Below are positions 13,160 through 27,871 of a stretch of DNA of 64,000 nucleotides, in pieces (positions within the stretch are counted from its first letter, which is position 1; the number at the start of each line of letters is the position of its first letter). The DNA is taken from the NCBI RefSeq assembly GCF_009914755.1, contig NC_060928.1. One strand, written 5' to 3'. A model generated the notes under the pieces. The model saw nothing but the letters and a program-made list of their open reading frames with translations, was not told the DNA's origin and made no database searches. Source of the stretch: the human T2T-CHM13v2.0 reference genome, Homo sapiens. The position numbers were made by a program, and so were the translations under genes.

Positions 13160-13900
13160 AGCTGGATTTTTCTGAAGAGTGTTGGGTATGAATTGGTGAA
13201 GGTCATCATAGAGGACATTCCAGGCTCTATAAACAACAGAGGTAGAGTGCTAACATAGTGTATTTACATGACAGCACAACTGAGGATGTTTTGCTTGAGT
13301 GTGGAGGTGAAGGTCAGCTGGGAAGAAAATTCCACGGGAAAGTTATAAAATGTAAATTACAACAGTTAATTTGTGTTAATAGGGCATCAGTTAATGAAGG
13401 ACGTTTGGTTCTAGTTCGAAGAATTTGATTCTTGCTATCTTGAGATTCTTGCTATCTAGTTCTTATGAGGTGAATGTGACATAAATACTAGTTTTTGGTC
13501 TTTTTGAAATGACTATTAATATAGTAGCCATACTTAGAATTATTTAAGATGTGGAGAAGTAAACTAAAACTATTATTATAATAAGCGCAGTTTAGGTATT
13601 GATAGCGGTAATGGTATAGGAGTAAATTTGAGAGTGATTGGCCAAAAGGGAATATTAACAGGATATTTTGATTAGTATATATAAGGGAATTAGGGGGCAC
13701 AGGCTAAAGAAAATAAATCTAAGTCAGAATGAAGGTGGCACACTTGACCGATGACTAGGGTGTTTTGTTTGCAGAAGAAGACAATACATTAAACTGTAGA
13801 TTTTAGGAGTGGCTGGACATATCATGGTAGTAGCTGGCATCAAGTTATAAATCTGTGGCTCATGTGGAAGGTTAATACTGGAGATGTAGATTCATTTCCA
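13160..13900 (-). mobile_element. L2 fragments
   Basis: Purine-rich antisense L2 motifs (gaggacattccaggc; ggaaggttaatactggagatgtagatt), discontinuous. Confidence 0.45.
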
Positions 13901-15904
13901 ATCACTGCATTTATTCCATTGGGTTATTCATATTCACTAGAAAGGCAAGCAAACATTTCAACGAGTCGTGATGTTCAACAAAAGTAAGAACAATGCCAAG
14001 TCTGTAATTATGTTGTTAGATTTATCACTGACAGGCTTTAGAGTTTTAGTTTAAAAAATGGCTATCATGCAGGTAAAGGAGAGAAGAGATTGCCAAAAAC
14101 TTGGAAACTTTATCATTTATACTTCAGATTTGTTCCTTTTACCCTGCTTTAAGGAGCTTAATTTTCAGCTACAGACTTAGCTTCTGGCTGATCTGAAGAA
14201 CAAATAAGAGCTTACTCTGAGAGTTAATCTTTTTTTATTAGCTCCCTCACAAGTTTTAGGTTATATATGTGCACTGCCAAGTCTAGTCATTGTACTTGCT
14301 GCTGTTGAAAATGTTTGATTTTTTTTTATAATTCAAGAACAGACTCATTGTAATTATGACTACCCAAAAATAGGCTGTGTTAAATGAATTTATATTTGAG
14401 TTCAGAAACATTAAAAAGATATTTTTTTTCAGTTCATGATATTTTATCATCTTTGTTGCTATTGTTAAAAGCTAAAAAAAAGAAACAGCATTATCTTTAT
14501 GTAAAGTACTTAATACAAAAATAGTATAGTATTAAAAGTGTTTCATAGGAACTTAATAGCATGAAACTAATTAAGAAGCAAGCCACTAATTCTTATGTAT
14601 TTTGTTATGCTCATAAAGAAACTAGCCTTGTACAGGCAATAGAGAGTAGTCAATACTAAAATAATTTTTATTATTTTTATATTGGTATTGGATCAGAACA
14701 CAAAGCAATTATATTAAGAGTTCAGGAATCTTGACAAATGCTGTACTATCATAGAGTGAATAAAATACACATGCTAAAGATAGCATTTAAGTTAAGTTAT
14801 TTAAAGGTTAATCATGTGCCCATTATTGAATATATATTAGTTTTGTGTGAAAAAAGATATTTCTGATAGCATTATTGTAATTAGAAAGAGGAAATTCTTA
14901 TAAGCTATGAAGTCTAAAAATTAAATAAGCTCTGAATGATTCAAATATTTAGGGTTCCTAACTCAAACATTAAATTTATAAAATAAGCCCAACAATGTTT
15001 TTTTTGGCCTATTGATACCATCTCTAAACAATACAAACTTAAGGATTGCATTTTTTTGACTTTTTCTAGCACAATTAAGATGCAGGCTGCTAGATGCAGA
15101 TAGACAATGTTCTGCGCCTCTGTAATCCTCTAAGAATCATCTTATTTTCACATTGTCTGAAAATACATTTGGGGACTTTTAAGTTATTAAGAAACACGTG
15201 CTAAGCCATGTCTGAAAGGAAATGCTTAAAAAAACTGATGGCAAATTTCTCCTTCTATGTGGGAGGATTCTTTGTGTGTGACATAGGATGAATATTTTCT
15301 TTAGGATGAGAAACACACCAAATAATCTCAACACATCAATGGAACATTTTAACTCCATGAAACACATATTTCCAAAGAGAGATCCTGAACACTGTGGAAT
15401 TTGTTTTTCTCCCTTATGGGGCAAAGAAAACATTTTTATCTTCCCCTTTTTTTTTTAACCTAATTTATTAAAAACAACTTGTAAAAAGCCACACACATTT
15501 TCTTAGTAGTATTCTCATTCTAATATCTTAAAAAAAAATCCTAACTTTTACATGCTTGTTGTAACCCTATAGAAAAAAACATTATTGATTTTATATTTCA
15601 AGTATCATAGTTTAGCCTTCATTTTGGCTAAATTACAAACTTAAATAATTTTATACCAAGATGAATAACTGTGAAAGTAAAGAATTTAGCTGACTGCTTA
15701 ATGAGGTTCCCTATTTGGAGTCGTTAAAGCAATGTGGAATTTTGTCCAAACAGGACGGAAATATCTGGTTCTATTACTGAGATAAGCACCTGGATATTTA
15801 GATGCAGAAGCACTCCAGCTACTGCTAGTTGCCATGATAGTCATGTATAAATTGCCAGGACTCAAGTCTTAAAAATGTAGATGAGAGATTATCACTTCTA
15901 TATC

Positions 15905-16120
15905 AGAATTCATTGATTACGCAGTGCTTATATAGCACAATTTTAAGTATTTTTAAAATGTTCACTCTTAACAACCCTAATGGATAGGTACCTTATTATC
16001 CCTATTTTAGAGAGGAGGGAAGCTGCCACTCAGCAAAGTGACTTTGGTCATTGGTTAAGTGATACAGTTAAGAACTGGCTAAGGCAATATTTGAACTTGG
16101 CAGACCAGCTCCAAAGTCTA
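15905..16120 (-). mobile_element. MIR SINE
   Basis: acaaccctaatggataggtaccttattatccctattttagagagg...ctccaaagtc. Confidence 0.7.
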
Positions 16121-16397
16121 TATGGGTGTGTGTGCTGCCCCTCAGATGAAAGCTGTAATGGATCAGGGAGCAGCACTTGCCAGAATTTGTGTTTTTAGTC
16201 ATCACTTATTAAGGCTAATGCTTGCCCCCTGCCTTTGTTTTGTACAATACAAGGGAAAATTTTCTGTCAAACAATGTGAAAGGCTGTTTTATCTTTGATC
16301 GGTGTGGAAAAGAGAATGATATTGTCAATTTTCATTGGTTAACAAAGACCACTGGGAATGTGGTAAAGTATCCTGAGAATTCATAAGTCTGAGGTAT

Positions 16398-16739
16398 CTA
16401 CATCTCCCTCTTATTTGTGGAGGATGTGTTCCAGAACCTCCCATGGATGCCTAAACCCACAGATAGTACTGAACCCTACATATACTGTGTTTTTTCTTAT
16501 ACAGTTAATGGGTAGGTAGCATATATAGTGTGGATACAGTGGAAAAAGGGATGATTCATTTTCCAGTCTAGACAGAGTGGGCATCTGCAAGATTTCATCA
16601 CATTGCTTAGAATAGTGTCCAATTTAATACTTCTCAATTTGATATTTCTGGAATTTGATATTTAATACATTTGGACCATGGTTGACCATGGGTAACTGAA
16701 ACCACTGAAGAAAAAACTACAGATAAGCGGGGACTACTG
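16398..16739 (-). mobile_element. MER44A-like (Tigger family MITE)
   Basis: Terminus ggttgaccatgggtaactgaaacc...gataagcggggactactg with the degenerate opposite TIR (ccctcttatttgtgg); about 340 bp. Confidence 0.82.
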
Positions 16740-18227
16740 TCCCCTTCAGAAGTCACTTCTAAGGTAAGTGTCAAATCTTGAAATTATAAAATAATCTAAT
16801 GAAAATTTAAAAAAATTATGAAGTCCATCATCTTGGTGCTAATCTTGACAGAATTGTATTCATCTGTAGTTGCTTATAACCCAGTGGGGAAGATGAATGA
16901 GGAATTGCCTTATATCTTACCACACATGTAGCATAAACTGTATACATGTACAGACTGGCATACACTCACATAGTTAACACAATGTTTTTCGATTTACTTT
17001 TATGGGAAAATTTTGGGACAGAAGCTTCATTCTTGTGAATATATTACATTGAGTGTTTTGGTTACAGGGACTGTAGTTTGAATCCATGTGGCTCTTGGAT
17101 AGTTAGCAGAAAGCAAAATAATTTCCAACATCCTGGAATATTCCATGCCCTCAGCAGGCATGTTATAGGTGAAGCCATAGGCTGAACTGTTTCAAAAAAT
17201 GTCTCTAAATGAATCAATGATTTATACAAGTGGAAGTGAATAAGAACCAGTTATTTCAAAAATTGCATTATATATCAGGTGAATGTCATCTAGATAATTC
17301 TGCAGTTATTATACAACTCCAGCAAGCTAATGATGTCAAAGAATATATAACATTGTTCAACATCAAATATTCATCATATTTTTAAAAAACAAAGTCCCTC
17401 TTCTCTGCTTGCAATGCAGTGTCTCAAAAGTATGGCTAAAGCAGGAAGAAATCCTTTTTGTTTCCCTTGGAACTAAACCACGGAAAGCGTATGACATATA
17501 TTTACCAACTTGTGAAACTTGTTTCCTGGGAGACCTGAAACATATTTATTTTGGAATATTATACTGTACACTAAAAAAAGTATTTGCCAGTGAAACAAGT
17601 GTGATCCAGAAATATTTACTGGGAAAATTGAAATCATTATTCTGAAATAAATGAGTGTGCATCATGTATATTGCTCACCAATAGAAGCAGGTATAGGAAA
17701 GAGCAGTTAGAAGGAGGGGCATGAGTATGGTGCTGCAGGAAAGATCACAATTTCCTGCTTGTTTCTCAGTTTGAAAGTTACTCTTCTAATTGTCACAGCA
17801 TCTTGTTATAATGCAGAAGCAGTCGCTGAAGAAATTTATGCCCTAAAATTAGAGAAAGATGGAAAATTTGAGGACCACACAAATAGAGAATAGTGATTTC
17901 TGAGCTTATAAATATTTAGTGAAAGACATTTTGCAAAGAAAATTGGAAGAAGTTATTTCCCACCCACACTTAAGAATAGCATTAATAGAATCTGGTATTA
18001 ATACACACAACTGGAAAACTTGTCAAAGTTGAGAAAATGAAGAACTCTGCCCAAAGATCCTTCACCTAGCAACATCAGGATGAGAGACTTACTTTAAACT
18101 TACTAAGGAGCAAATTAGAAATCAGAACCCCGGTCTATCTTCTGAAGTTCATGATATACAATTTTTATTATATAAACTATACAATAAAATCTAGTTCTCT
18201 TTTTATTATGCAGAATCTTTTTCATTG

Positions 18228-19052
18228 TTATTGCTCAGAGACCTGGCAATATTCAGATGGCATATTCAGAAGAGATAATTGGACACAGTTTTATAAAAGA
18301 TCTATTTATAAAGTATGGCAAGGACCAGGGAAAACAAGCAGTGAATAGTAAGCAACCTAGCACTACTAACAGCTGGACAAGTGAAGGTAGCAGTTACCAG
18401 AATCCATTAGTTGGAAAAAGTAGCTGTAGGAGAGTGGCCACCCAGCAAGAGGAATGCTCTTAGTTAGAGAAAGTCAGCTAAGGGAAGACAATACATAGCC
18501 AAGGGGAAAATTACCCAACATGTCTCTCTGATCTTTTACATGTACCTCCTGTGATGTGCTAACTTGTGTCCCCCAAAATTCATGTGCTGAGGTCCTAACC
18601 CTCAGTACTTGTATTTGGAGATAGAGTCTTTAAAGAAGTAACTGGAAATGAGGCCATTAGGGTGGGCCCTAATCCAATATGGCTGGTGCCCTTATAAGTA
18701 GGGGAGATTAGGACACAGGCACACACAGAGGAAGACCATGTAAGACAGAAGATATCCCATGACAAGGCAAGGAGACAGGCCTCAGAAAAACATCAACCCT
18801 GCCAACAACTTGATCTCAGATTTCTAGCCTCCAAAATTGTAAGAAAATAAACTTTTATTATTTAAGCCACCCAATCTGTTGTACTCTCTTATGGCAGGAT
18901 AGCAAACGAATACATCTCCCATTGCATAAACCCGAACTGAAGCCAAACAGAAAGGAACTTGGTTGATACAGTAAATGACAGCATGCTCAGTGCCAGAAAG
19001 AAGTTGGAGAACGTTAGGAATCAATCTGGAGTGGGAAAAAAATCTTGAGCAC
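18228..19052 (-). mobile_element. ERVL LTR (LTR41/LTR50-like), split by MLT1B
   Basis: cagatggcatattcagaagagataattgg...tatttataaag resembles an antisense LTR41 end and resumes after 18914 (cccattgcataaacccgaactgaagcca). Confidence 0.5.
18550..18914 (+). mobile_element. MaLR LTR MLT1B
   Basis: tgtgtcccccaaaattcatgtgctgaggtcctaacc...gggtgggccctaatccaatatggctggtgcccttataag...aatac a; 5-bp TSD cctcc/tctcc. Confidence 0.88.
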
Positions 19053-19545
19053 ATTCAAAATGAATTTTTGTAGTTTTCAAGTGTAGAATTACAGTAAGGT
19101 AGCTGGGAAATCCAGTGAGGTCAAGAGTCGGGTGCTCAGCATATGCAAACCCAGTTATCAACAACTTTTATATAAAACTTGCTTGGCTAAGACTTATGTC
19201 TTCATAGGTGTGCGTCTACATTCAAGGGACTTATTCTATCCCCCCTGCAAAACTAGAATTCTGCCTTAAGAATTCTGGGAAAAAAAAAATCTTCCGGTTC
19301 TGAAATTATTTTTTACTTTTAAAAGCTTTTTATTTGTAATGAACAAATAATAATTGGAGATACAATGTGATGTTTTGATACATGTATACATTGTGTATTG
19401 ATTAAAGTAATTCACATTCCATCATATCAAACATTTATCATGTATTTGTGATGGGAACATATAAAATCCTCCCTTCTAGCTATTTTGAAATACATCTTAC
19501 TGACTATAGTCACCCTACCGTGCAATAGGACAACAGAACTTACTT

Positions 19546-19570
19546 GTCTCTTTCTTTCTTTCTTTCTTTC

Positions 19571-19626
<56 letters not shown>

Positions 19627-19724
19627 TCCTTCTTTCTTTCCTTCTTTCTTTCTCTCTCTCTCTTTCTTTCCTTCCTTCCTTCCTTTCTCTCTCTCTCTCT
19701 TTTTTTTTTTTTTTTTTTTTTTTT
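19546..19724. repeat. (TTTC)n/(TTCC)n/(TC)n/poly-T compound repeat (expanded Alu tail)
   Basis: About 180 bp of pure pyrimidine on the + strand abutting the antisense Alu. Confidence 0.97.
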
Positions 19725-19999
19725 GAGTCTTGCTCTGTCACCCAGGCTGGAGTGCAGTGACACAATCTTGGCTTACTGCAACCTCCGCCTCCCAGGTTCA
19801 AGTGATTCTCCTGCCTCAGCCTCCTGAGCAGCTGGGATTACAGGCATGTGCCACCATGCCTGGCTAATTTTTGTATTTTTAGTAGAGACGGGATTTCACC
19901 AGGTTGATCAGGCTGGACTCAGACTCCTGACCTCAGGTGATCCACCCTCCTCAGCCTCCCAAAGTGCTGGGATTACAGGGTGAGCCACTGCACCCAGCC
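19700..19999 (-). mobile_element. AluSx
   Basis: Antisense dimer with cctgacctcaggtgatcc; degenerate TSD tacttgtc/tatttgtc. Confidence 0.95.
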
Positions 20000-20289
20000 T
20001 ATTTGTCCTTTCTAATTGTAACTTTGTATCTGCTGACTATCCTTTCCTCATCTTCCCCTTCCTCCTACCTTTTCCCAGTCTCTAGTTACCACAGTTATAG
20101 TCATTACTTCTATGAGATCAACTTTTTCAGATTTGCATATGAGTGAGATCATGTGGTGTTTGCCTTTCTGTGCCTGACTTATTTCACTTACATAATGTCC
20201 TCCAGGTTCATCCATGTTATCACAAATTACAGCATTTTGTTCTTTCTTATGGCTGAATAATATTCCATCATGCATCTGTTTTGGAAGGG

Positions 20290-20595
20290 TTATTTTATTT
20301 ATTTATTTATTTTTTGAAAAAAGAGCTCACTGTGTTGCCGAGGCTGAAGTGTAGTGGCACAATCTCAGCTCACTGCAGCCTCGACCTCTCAGGCTCAAGC
20401 AATCCTCCTGCCTCAGTCTCCTGAGTAGCTGGGGACCACAGTGATGGGCTACCCAGCCTAGCTAAATTTTGTATTTTTTGTAGAGATGGAGTTTCATCAT
20501 GTCCAAGCTGGTCTCAAACCCCTGGGCTCAAGCAATCCACCTGTATTGGCCCCCCAAAGTCCTGGGAGAACAGGTATGAGCCACTGCACCCAGCC
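20290..20595 (-). mobile_element. AluJ
   Basis: cactgcagcctcgacctctcaggctcaagcaatcctcc and cctgggctcaagcaatcc are J-type features; high divergence. Confidence 0.93.
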
Positions 20596-20741
20596 CATTT
20601 GTCTCTTGATGGACACTTAGGTTGATTCTAATAGTATCGCAAAACTATACTTGACTATTGTGAATAGTGTTACAATAAACATGAGCGTACAGATACGAGA
20701 TTCTTTTTTCACTTTGATCAGTATAGAAAAATATTCTTTTT

Positions 20742-21061
<320 letters not shown>

Positions 21062-23720
21062 TCAAAGAAAACTACATATGAGCCAATAGAAGACATTTAG
21101 ACCATCAAGGATGAAAAAAGAATCAACGAAGGTATTTTTTATACTATTATGAGATAATCTCACAATCCACATATAAATCCACATGTATATTTTGGTGCAG
21201 AGTAATTAATCAAGTTCTCTGTTCTAAAGAAAATTTACTCAAAATACAATGTGTTCACTTATTAAAATCATATTTTAAAGGCACAGTGCAACAAAAAGTT
21301 CTGTATGAAGACAGAGACCCATGTGCAACTGTCTTAAAAATCCTTTTGGTCTTTGTAAAGACTATGTACTGTGTTAACTTATCCACATATTTTCAAAAGA
21401 CACACAAAACTCCCTGGAAATTCATGTTTTGGTCCTTGAAAGCAATTTTATTGCAGAGGTTCATAGAGCATTTTATCAGTCATTTCAATAAATGAGAACT
21501 TTCAAGTAAAATGTGAAATAATTCCTCCCCCCTTTCTTGTTTGTTCTGACTCTATGCTCATGTTAATAAAAGATGAGTCCCTTGTGGATGAGATAACTTG
21601 AGTCATGCATCTTCTCCTCTGCATTCATCACTTGCAGGTGATTCCTGACTACGTGACAGAGAGCTTATCATCTCCGATCAGTGAAACACATATTTCCATG
21701 TTATAACATGATGCCTTCTAAACAGTTCCATGCAGCTCTCTACTTGCTAAGTTAGTTGAAGCAGGTTTGGGTTATCTTTTCACCTGGCAACAACAGAGTT
21801 CAGTTTTTATTTCCATGTCTATAAAATATAACTGGCACATTGACAGTTTTAGATCTTATGGGCCCGAACACTTGCAGAAAGAGGTTTAAAAGAACACGTT
21901 TTTCCTGTAATAATATTTCAGGTTTCTACATCCTATGCGTCCTCTTAAAAATCATTTCATTGGCTATCTGAGTGTGCAGGGCTATCTGAGCAATATTCTC
22001 TAGAACTGATTTTCTCTTACTTTTAAAGCATAAAATGTGCATAGTTACATCAAAATATTATCTATTATTAACTAGAAGTGTCTTTGGATATCTGAACGGA
22101 TGCTGTATCAGGGTGACATGAGAGTAAAAGTTTGCTTCTTATTCTAAACTCAGCTTTCAGTAAATCACTGGGAATATGTATTGATATGTAGCTGCATTAG
22201 AACAATCATAATATTAAAGCTGACACTCTTTAAGGTACTTTTTTTTTCAGGATCTGAAAAGAATTTCCTGTAATTCTCTCTCTACAAAGGAGAGAGAGGC
22301 TTTTGTTAAGTCATGCGTTGCAGGTGAACTCAGAGCAATGGTTGAAAGCTGTGATTCCAAACCATGCCACCACCAGCCACATGATGTGACCTCTCTGGGA
22401 ATTTCTAGGAGCTATTACTGCTCAACTCTAGAAGTTTTCTCACACAATAGTTTGGAAAATAGATGCTTTGAAAAGTAAAGCATAGGTTTCTTTAAAACAG
22501 CAGTTTTACTGAAAAGCATCCATTGATATCACTAATGAAGGTTTTATCTATTTGAATAGGTAACATAAGGAGAAGAGAAAACATAGAGATTTGAGTCTGT
22601 CATACCCATGTAGAAACCCATCTCCCCTAAGGGTTTAGAAAGATGTGTAATGTATAGGCAGCCTGTATGTGATAAGAAGAAGAACTTCATTAGCAAATCA
22701 GTTCCTTGAATCCTTGAGAAGCGTGTGTGATAACCTTTAAAGTCTTGATTGTTTTTTATTTGACAATATCTAGCTTTCACCCTTGCTCAAGGTTTCACAA
22801 TTAATGGGTAATGCCAAGGGTCAAATCTCCTGTCTCTCTTTCAGTGACCCTTCTAGCCTATTTACATATTTACAAAGAAAGAGCAAATGCTTTAAAATGC
22901 AAATCAAATTCTTTAGGATTTGTAAGTGTAAACAAGTCCAAGAGAGAACTGGGGAATTTGGAGGATAGCTTTGCTCATTTGAAATTTCTCGCTTTCATCT
23001 GTTTGGTCTGATAAACAGTAAAAGCTATTGTCTCTCTTCCCTTAAAAGCATGGCATCTGACTGTCATAAAATAATGATGTGTTTAAGAGAGAATTGACAA
23101 TGGAAATGTGTCACTTGGTGAAAGAGAAGTAAGCAAAGGTCACAAGTTAAATGCTCAGTAAATTAAGGCAAGTTTTTGACTAGTGCGTGCTAACTTAAAA
23201 TTTAAGTAGGGAATCTGCAAACAATTTTTATTTTTAAAATATTATTCCATACATTTAGATTTGAAGAAACTGTGTTTTGTTTTCTCTTTTTTTGTTGTTT
23301 CTCTTTTTCCTTCATTTTTGGTACAACAAATCCTTTAAGTCTTAAATATAATGAAAGAACCAACATCATATTTAACTTCAATAACAAATTTATTTTTTTA
23401 AATGTCACATTGTGTCTAAATATGTTGTACTGGAAACAAATTTTTGATGTACTATTTCATATTCTAAAGCCTTAAAGCTTGCTGAAACAAACACAAAAAT
23501 AATACAACCACCTCTTTCTAAATGAGAAGCAAGGAAAAATGAATACTACCATAATGATGACCATAAAGGCTTTGTATTGATTGAAGTATTGGCTTGTTCT
23601 AAATGGAATCATGTTTAGTCTGCAGAGCTCACATCATCTGGCTAAAACATGTTGATTTCCTTTTCTCTAGCATTTACGTTGCTGGAGCTGTCTTACATTT
23701 CCCTCACCTTTAGAACATAT

Positions 23721-24427
23721 TGTTGCAGGTGACAAATATCCGAGTTTCACGGCACCAAATATGTTATTAGTGGAAGGTGTCTCAGTTACTAGTGAATTCG
23801 TGCAGGTCTGCAGCTATCTCAGTTCTTGCCTCCTCAGAAGAATTCAACTGAGAGGTATAAGGCAGAAAAAAAGACCAAAGGCAAGTTTCAGAGCAGCAGT
23901 GGAAGTTTATTTAAAAAGGCTTCAGAACAGGAAAGAAAGAAGAGTTCACTTGGAAGAGACCCAAGCAGGCGCCTTGAAGATCAAGTGCAGTGTTTAACCT
24001 TGATCCTAGGACTCTATAGGTTAGCCCCTTTCCCATGATTCCTCCCTTAGGGTGGGCCGCCCACATGCACAGTGCACTCCATATCCTCAGGAAGTGAGCA
24101 TGCACCATGTACTTAGGAAGTTGTATGCATGCCCATCTGAGGCTGTCTTCCCTTTTCTGGTGGAGTGCCCCCAGAAGGCCATACTCCACCATTTTGTCTC
24201 TTAATGCACATGCTCAGGAAGTTGCTTCTCTCTGGCATCTGCATTCAATTAACACTTTAATGTAACATGTGTGGACCATCAGGACATGGCCTCTCTTTTG
24301 TTCTGGCTGCCAATTTATCACTTTAAGAGAGACAATGTGACCATTGCCAAACCATCACCTGACATTCCTAGTGGTTGGGGGTGGGCACGCTCCTGCCCCA
24401 CTCATGCCTGTCTAACTACCTGTAACA
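23721..24427 (-). mobile_element. ERV1 solo LTR, MER50 family
   Basis: TG...CA, 707 bp; ctcagttcttgcctcctcagaagaattcaactgag; end ctcatgcctgtctaactacctgtaaca; AATAAA on the minus strand near 23907; 4-bp TSD atat. Confidence 0.82.
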
Positions 24428-24664
24428 ATATTTCAGATTGCCTATACAAGCTTATATCAGAAAAACACATAATTTTTAAAAAGTTTTAAATTAAGGTAAA
24501 CTCACAGACAGTGAAGTGCAAAGATCTCAGGTGTACTACTTTATGAATTGTTACAACTATGTAACTACCACCTAGATCAAGATACAGAACATATCTATAA
24601 CTCCAGAAAGCTCCCTCCAGTCTTCTCACAGTCAACACTCCCAGAAGATAACTACTCCTCTGAT

Positions 24665-25463
<799 letters not shown>

Positions 25464-25991
25464 AGTGAAGGAAGTAAGTTTAAAGGGAAAGGTAGAGACA
25501 CGGAGAAGGGGCAGGGGGGCAGTGAGCAGCGCTGTAATGTGGGCTGTAATGTGGGTGAGCAGCCAAAGCAGGTGTCCCCATAACTGGATTGCCACCAATG
25601 GAATGTGGGTGAATGATCAAGGCATGTGTCCCTGCGGTGATCAGACACCAACAGAATGTGGGCAAATGATCAGGGCAGGCGTCCCCGCTATGATCAGACA
25701 CCAAGGGAAGACTGTCTTCCAAAATCCGTGACTGAGGTCAGAGTTTTCGAGTTCATGGATAAAATGTGTCTCCTTTGTCTCTACTAGAAAGGAAAAAGAA
25801 CTGGAATTGAAAAGACAGGGAGATTGAAGGGTAGTGAGAGAGACTGGAGAAGACAGTGAAGAGACTGGTTACCTGATTTGAAATTGGTGAGATGTTCCTT
25901 GGGCTGGTCTGAGGACCTGAGGTCATACGTGGATCTCCTCACAGACTGAGGGCAAGGACAGGGGACTGGGCTCCCGAAGGAGTCCCCCTGC

Positions 25992-26009
25992 CCCAGGTCT
26001 TCGGTACCA
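25992..26009 (-). promoter_or_regulatory. Retroviral primer-binding site (tRNA-Phe-like)
   Basis: TGGTACCGAAGACCTGGG, 2 nt downstream of the 5' LTR end on the minus strand. Confidence 0.75.
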
Positions 26010-26011
26010 AA

Positions 26012-26262
26012 TGTCACGTGCATCCCTGTGAAGAGACCACCAAACAGGCTTGAGACTCATTGTCCAGGGGAGGAATGTCACAAGGTCGATTGATTAGTTA
26101 GGGTGGGGCAGGAACAAATCACAAGGGTGGAATGTCATCAGTTAAGGCAGGAACTGGCTATTTCACTTCTTTTGTGGTTCTTCAGTTGCTTCAGGCCATC
26201 TGGATGTGTACGTGCAGGTCACAGGGGTTATGAAGGCTTAGTGTGGGCTCAGAGGCCTGACA
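26012..26262 (-). mobile_element. HERV-H 5' LTR (LTR7 family, probably 7B/7C) with internal deletion
   Basis: Only 251 bp; U5 (…aaacaggct) joins U3 (tgagactcatt…) at 26050/26051, so the TATA and poly-A segment seen in the other LTR is absent. Confidence 0.85.
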
Positions 26263-26342
26263 CTGATCTCTGCCATCAGAAAGGGTTTTGTTGTGGACAT
26301 TTCAATTTTATACAAATGGAAGCACATAGCCTGTGTTCTTTT

Positions 26343-26650
26343 GTTCTTTTTTTTTTTTTTTTTTTTTTGAGACAGAGTCTCATCTGTCGCCCAGGCTGGA
26401 ATGCAGTGGCGTGATCTCTGCTCACTGCAAACTCCGCCCCCTGGGTTCAAGCAATTCTCTGCATCAGCCTCGTGAATAGCTGGGATTACAGGTGCCTGCC
26501 ACCATGCCCAGCTAATCTTTTTTTATATTTTTAGTAGAGACGGGGTTTCACCATCTTGGCCAGGCTGGTCTTGAACTCCTGACCTCATGATCCACCTGCC
26601 TCAGCCTCCCAGAGTGCTGGGATTATAGGCCTGAGCCACTGCTCCCAGCT
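26343..26650 (-). mobile_element. AluS (Sg7-like)
   Basis: aattctctgc and caccatcttggcc variants; 14-bp TSD gcctgtgttctttt (26329-26342 / 26651-26664). Confidence 0.95.
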
Positions 26651-27871
26651 GCCTGTGTTCTTTTTTGTCTGGTAGTTGTTCAGTATTACATCTGTTATGT
26701 GGTCTTTGAGAGTTACTCTCTCTTGCCAGATTTTTAAATGTAACTAAGTTTTCATACACAATTCTAATTTTTCTGTAAGTGTCAAATCCAAATCACAAAA
26801 TCTTGACATAAGGAAAACTGTGCATTTATCTGAGATTAAATTGTTGAGCCACTTTAATAGAAAGAAAAACTTTTTTAGACCCCCACGTTTAACTTCCCAC
26901 CCTTGCCCCATCCCAGCATCACAAAAGAAGCCCACCTAATACCAACCACATTAAAATCCTGGAAAGAACACTTAAGGCTTCAGCTTGACACAGGTATAAT
27001 CACTACAAATTCTCAATTATCTCAAAATTATTTTGGTCATGAATTTATGTAAAAATTTGAACAGAGGTTGGGTGGTGGAAATTATTTGGAAGACTACCAA
27101 AAATATTCTTTTCTTTAGATTGGCACACAAACTGTAAACTGCAACATCAAAACAACTTCCTGAAAAATGTTAGCAAAAAATGATCAAGTTGGACTAGAGG
27201 AGAAATTACTTTTCTAAAGAAAGAATGTAAAATTATGGCTGAGTACAGAGCAAATTAGTAAAACAAAATGGAACACAATGAAAACAAATATTGTTCTCTT
27301 CCAGGTGGCATCTTTCATGGAAAGCTGAAATACAGTGGGCCATAGGCAGGCTTGAGATGAGATGAACTGAACTTCATTTAATGTAAATAAGGAATTGCAT
27401 TGAAGAGAAAGGGTTGTATGTAATTGAAAGGACAGTTACTACTTCTTAAGGAATACATTTCCATATTTGGAAAATTATTAGAAAAATATTGAACTACACT
27501 TAAAAAGTATATTCAGTAGAGAAGATATAGAAATTGGTATTGAATTAAAAGGTGTCAATAAATTTATGAACACAATTTTTCTATTAAAAGATTTAACTTC
27601 TAATAACAGTGTTTTAAAGAAAAACAAACACTACATTTGACCAGTTAGAAAAGGAGGCTAGTTTGAATTAGGAAAAAAATCTCAATTACAGAATTCTTAA
27701 AGGTAGACCATTTTCGAGGTGTAATCTTAAATAAGGGGTGAAATTAAAATTATTTAACAATTGGTAACATGTGGCATCAACTAATCAGGATGGATGTTGC
27801 TGGTCATAACTGGAGCAGGGTTCTACAGGTCCCCTGCTCTGCCAGGCAATAATGCCTGAGTTATTCAGGCA

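Larger units (their letters stand above)
19305..20697 (-). mobile_element. L1MA (MA4-6-like) 3' end, split by two Alus
   Basis: tacaatgtgatgttttgatacatgtatacattgtg...tttcacttacataatgtcctccaggttcatccatgtt...gatggacacttaggttgattc. Confidence 0.85.

Noticed and set aside
19427-19801. K/E/R-rich and F/L/S-rich ORFs
   Set aside because: Translations of the (TTTC)n tract and adjacent Alu.
21590-21680. AP-1 (tgagtca) and GATA motif cluster as an enhancer
   Set aside because: Short motifs at roughly chance frequency; not supportable without chromatin data.
22238-22329. Exon-like segment (tttttttttcag|gatctg...gcag|gtgaac)
   Set aside because: The donor is weak, there is no recognisable peptide or partner exon, and such motifs are common by chance.
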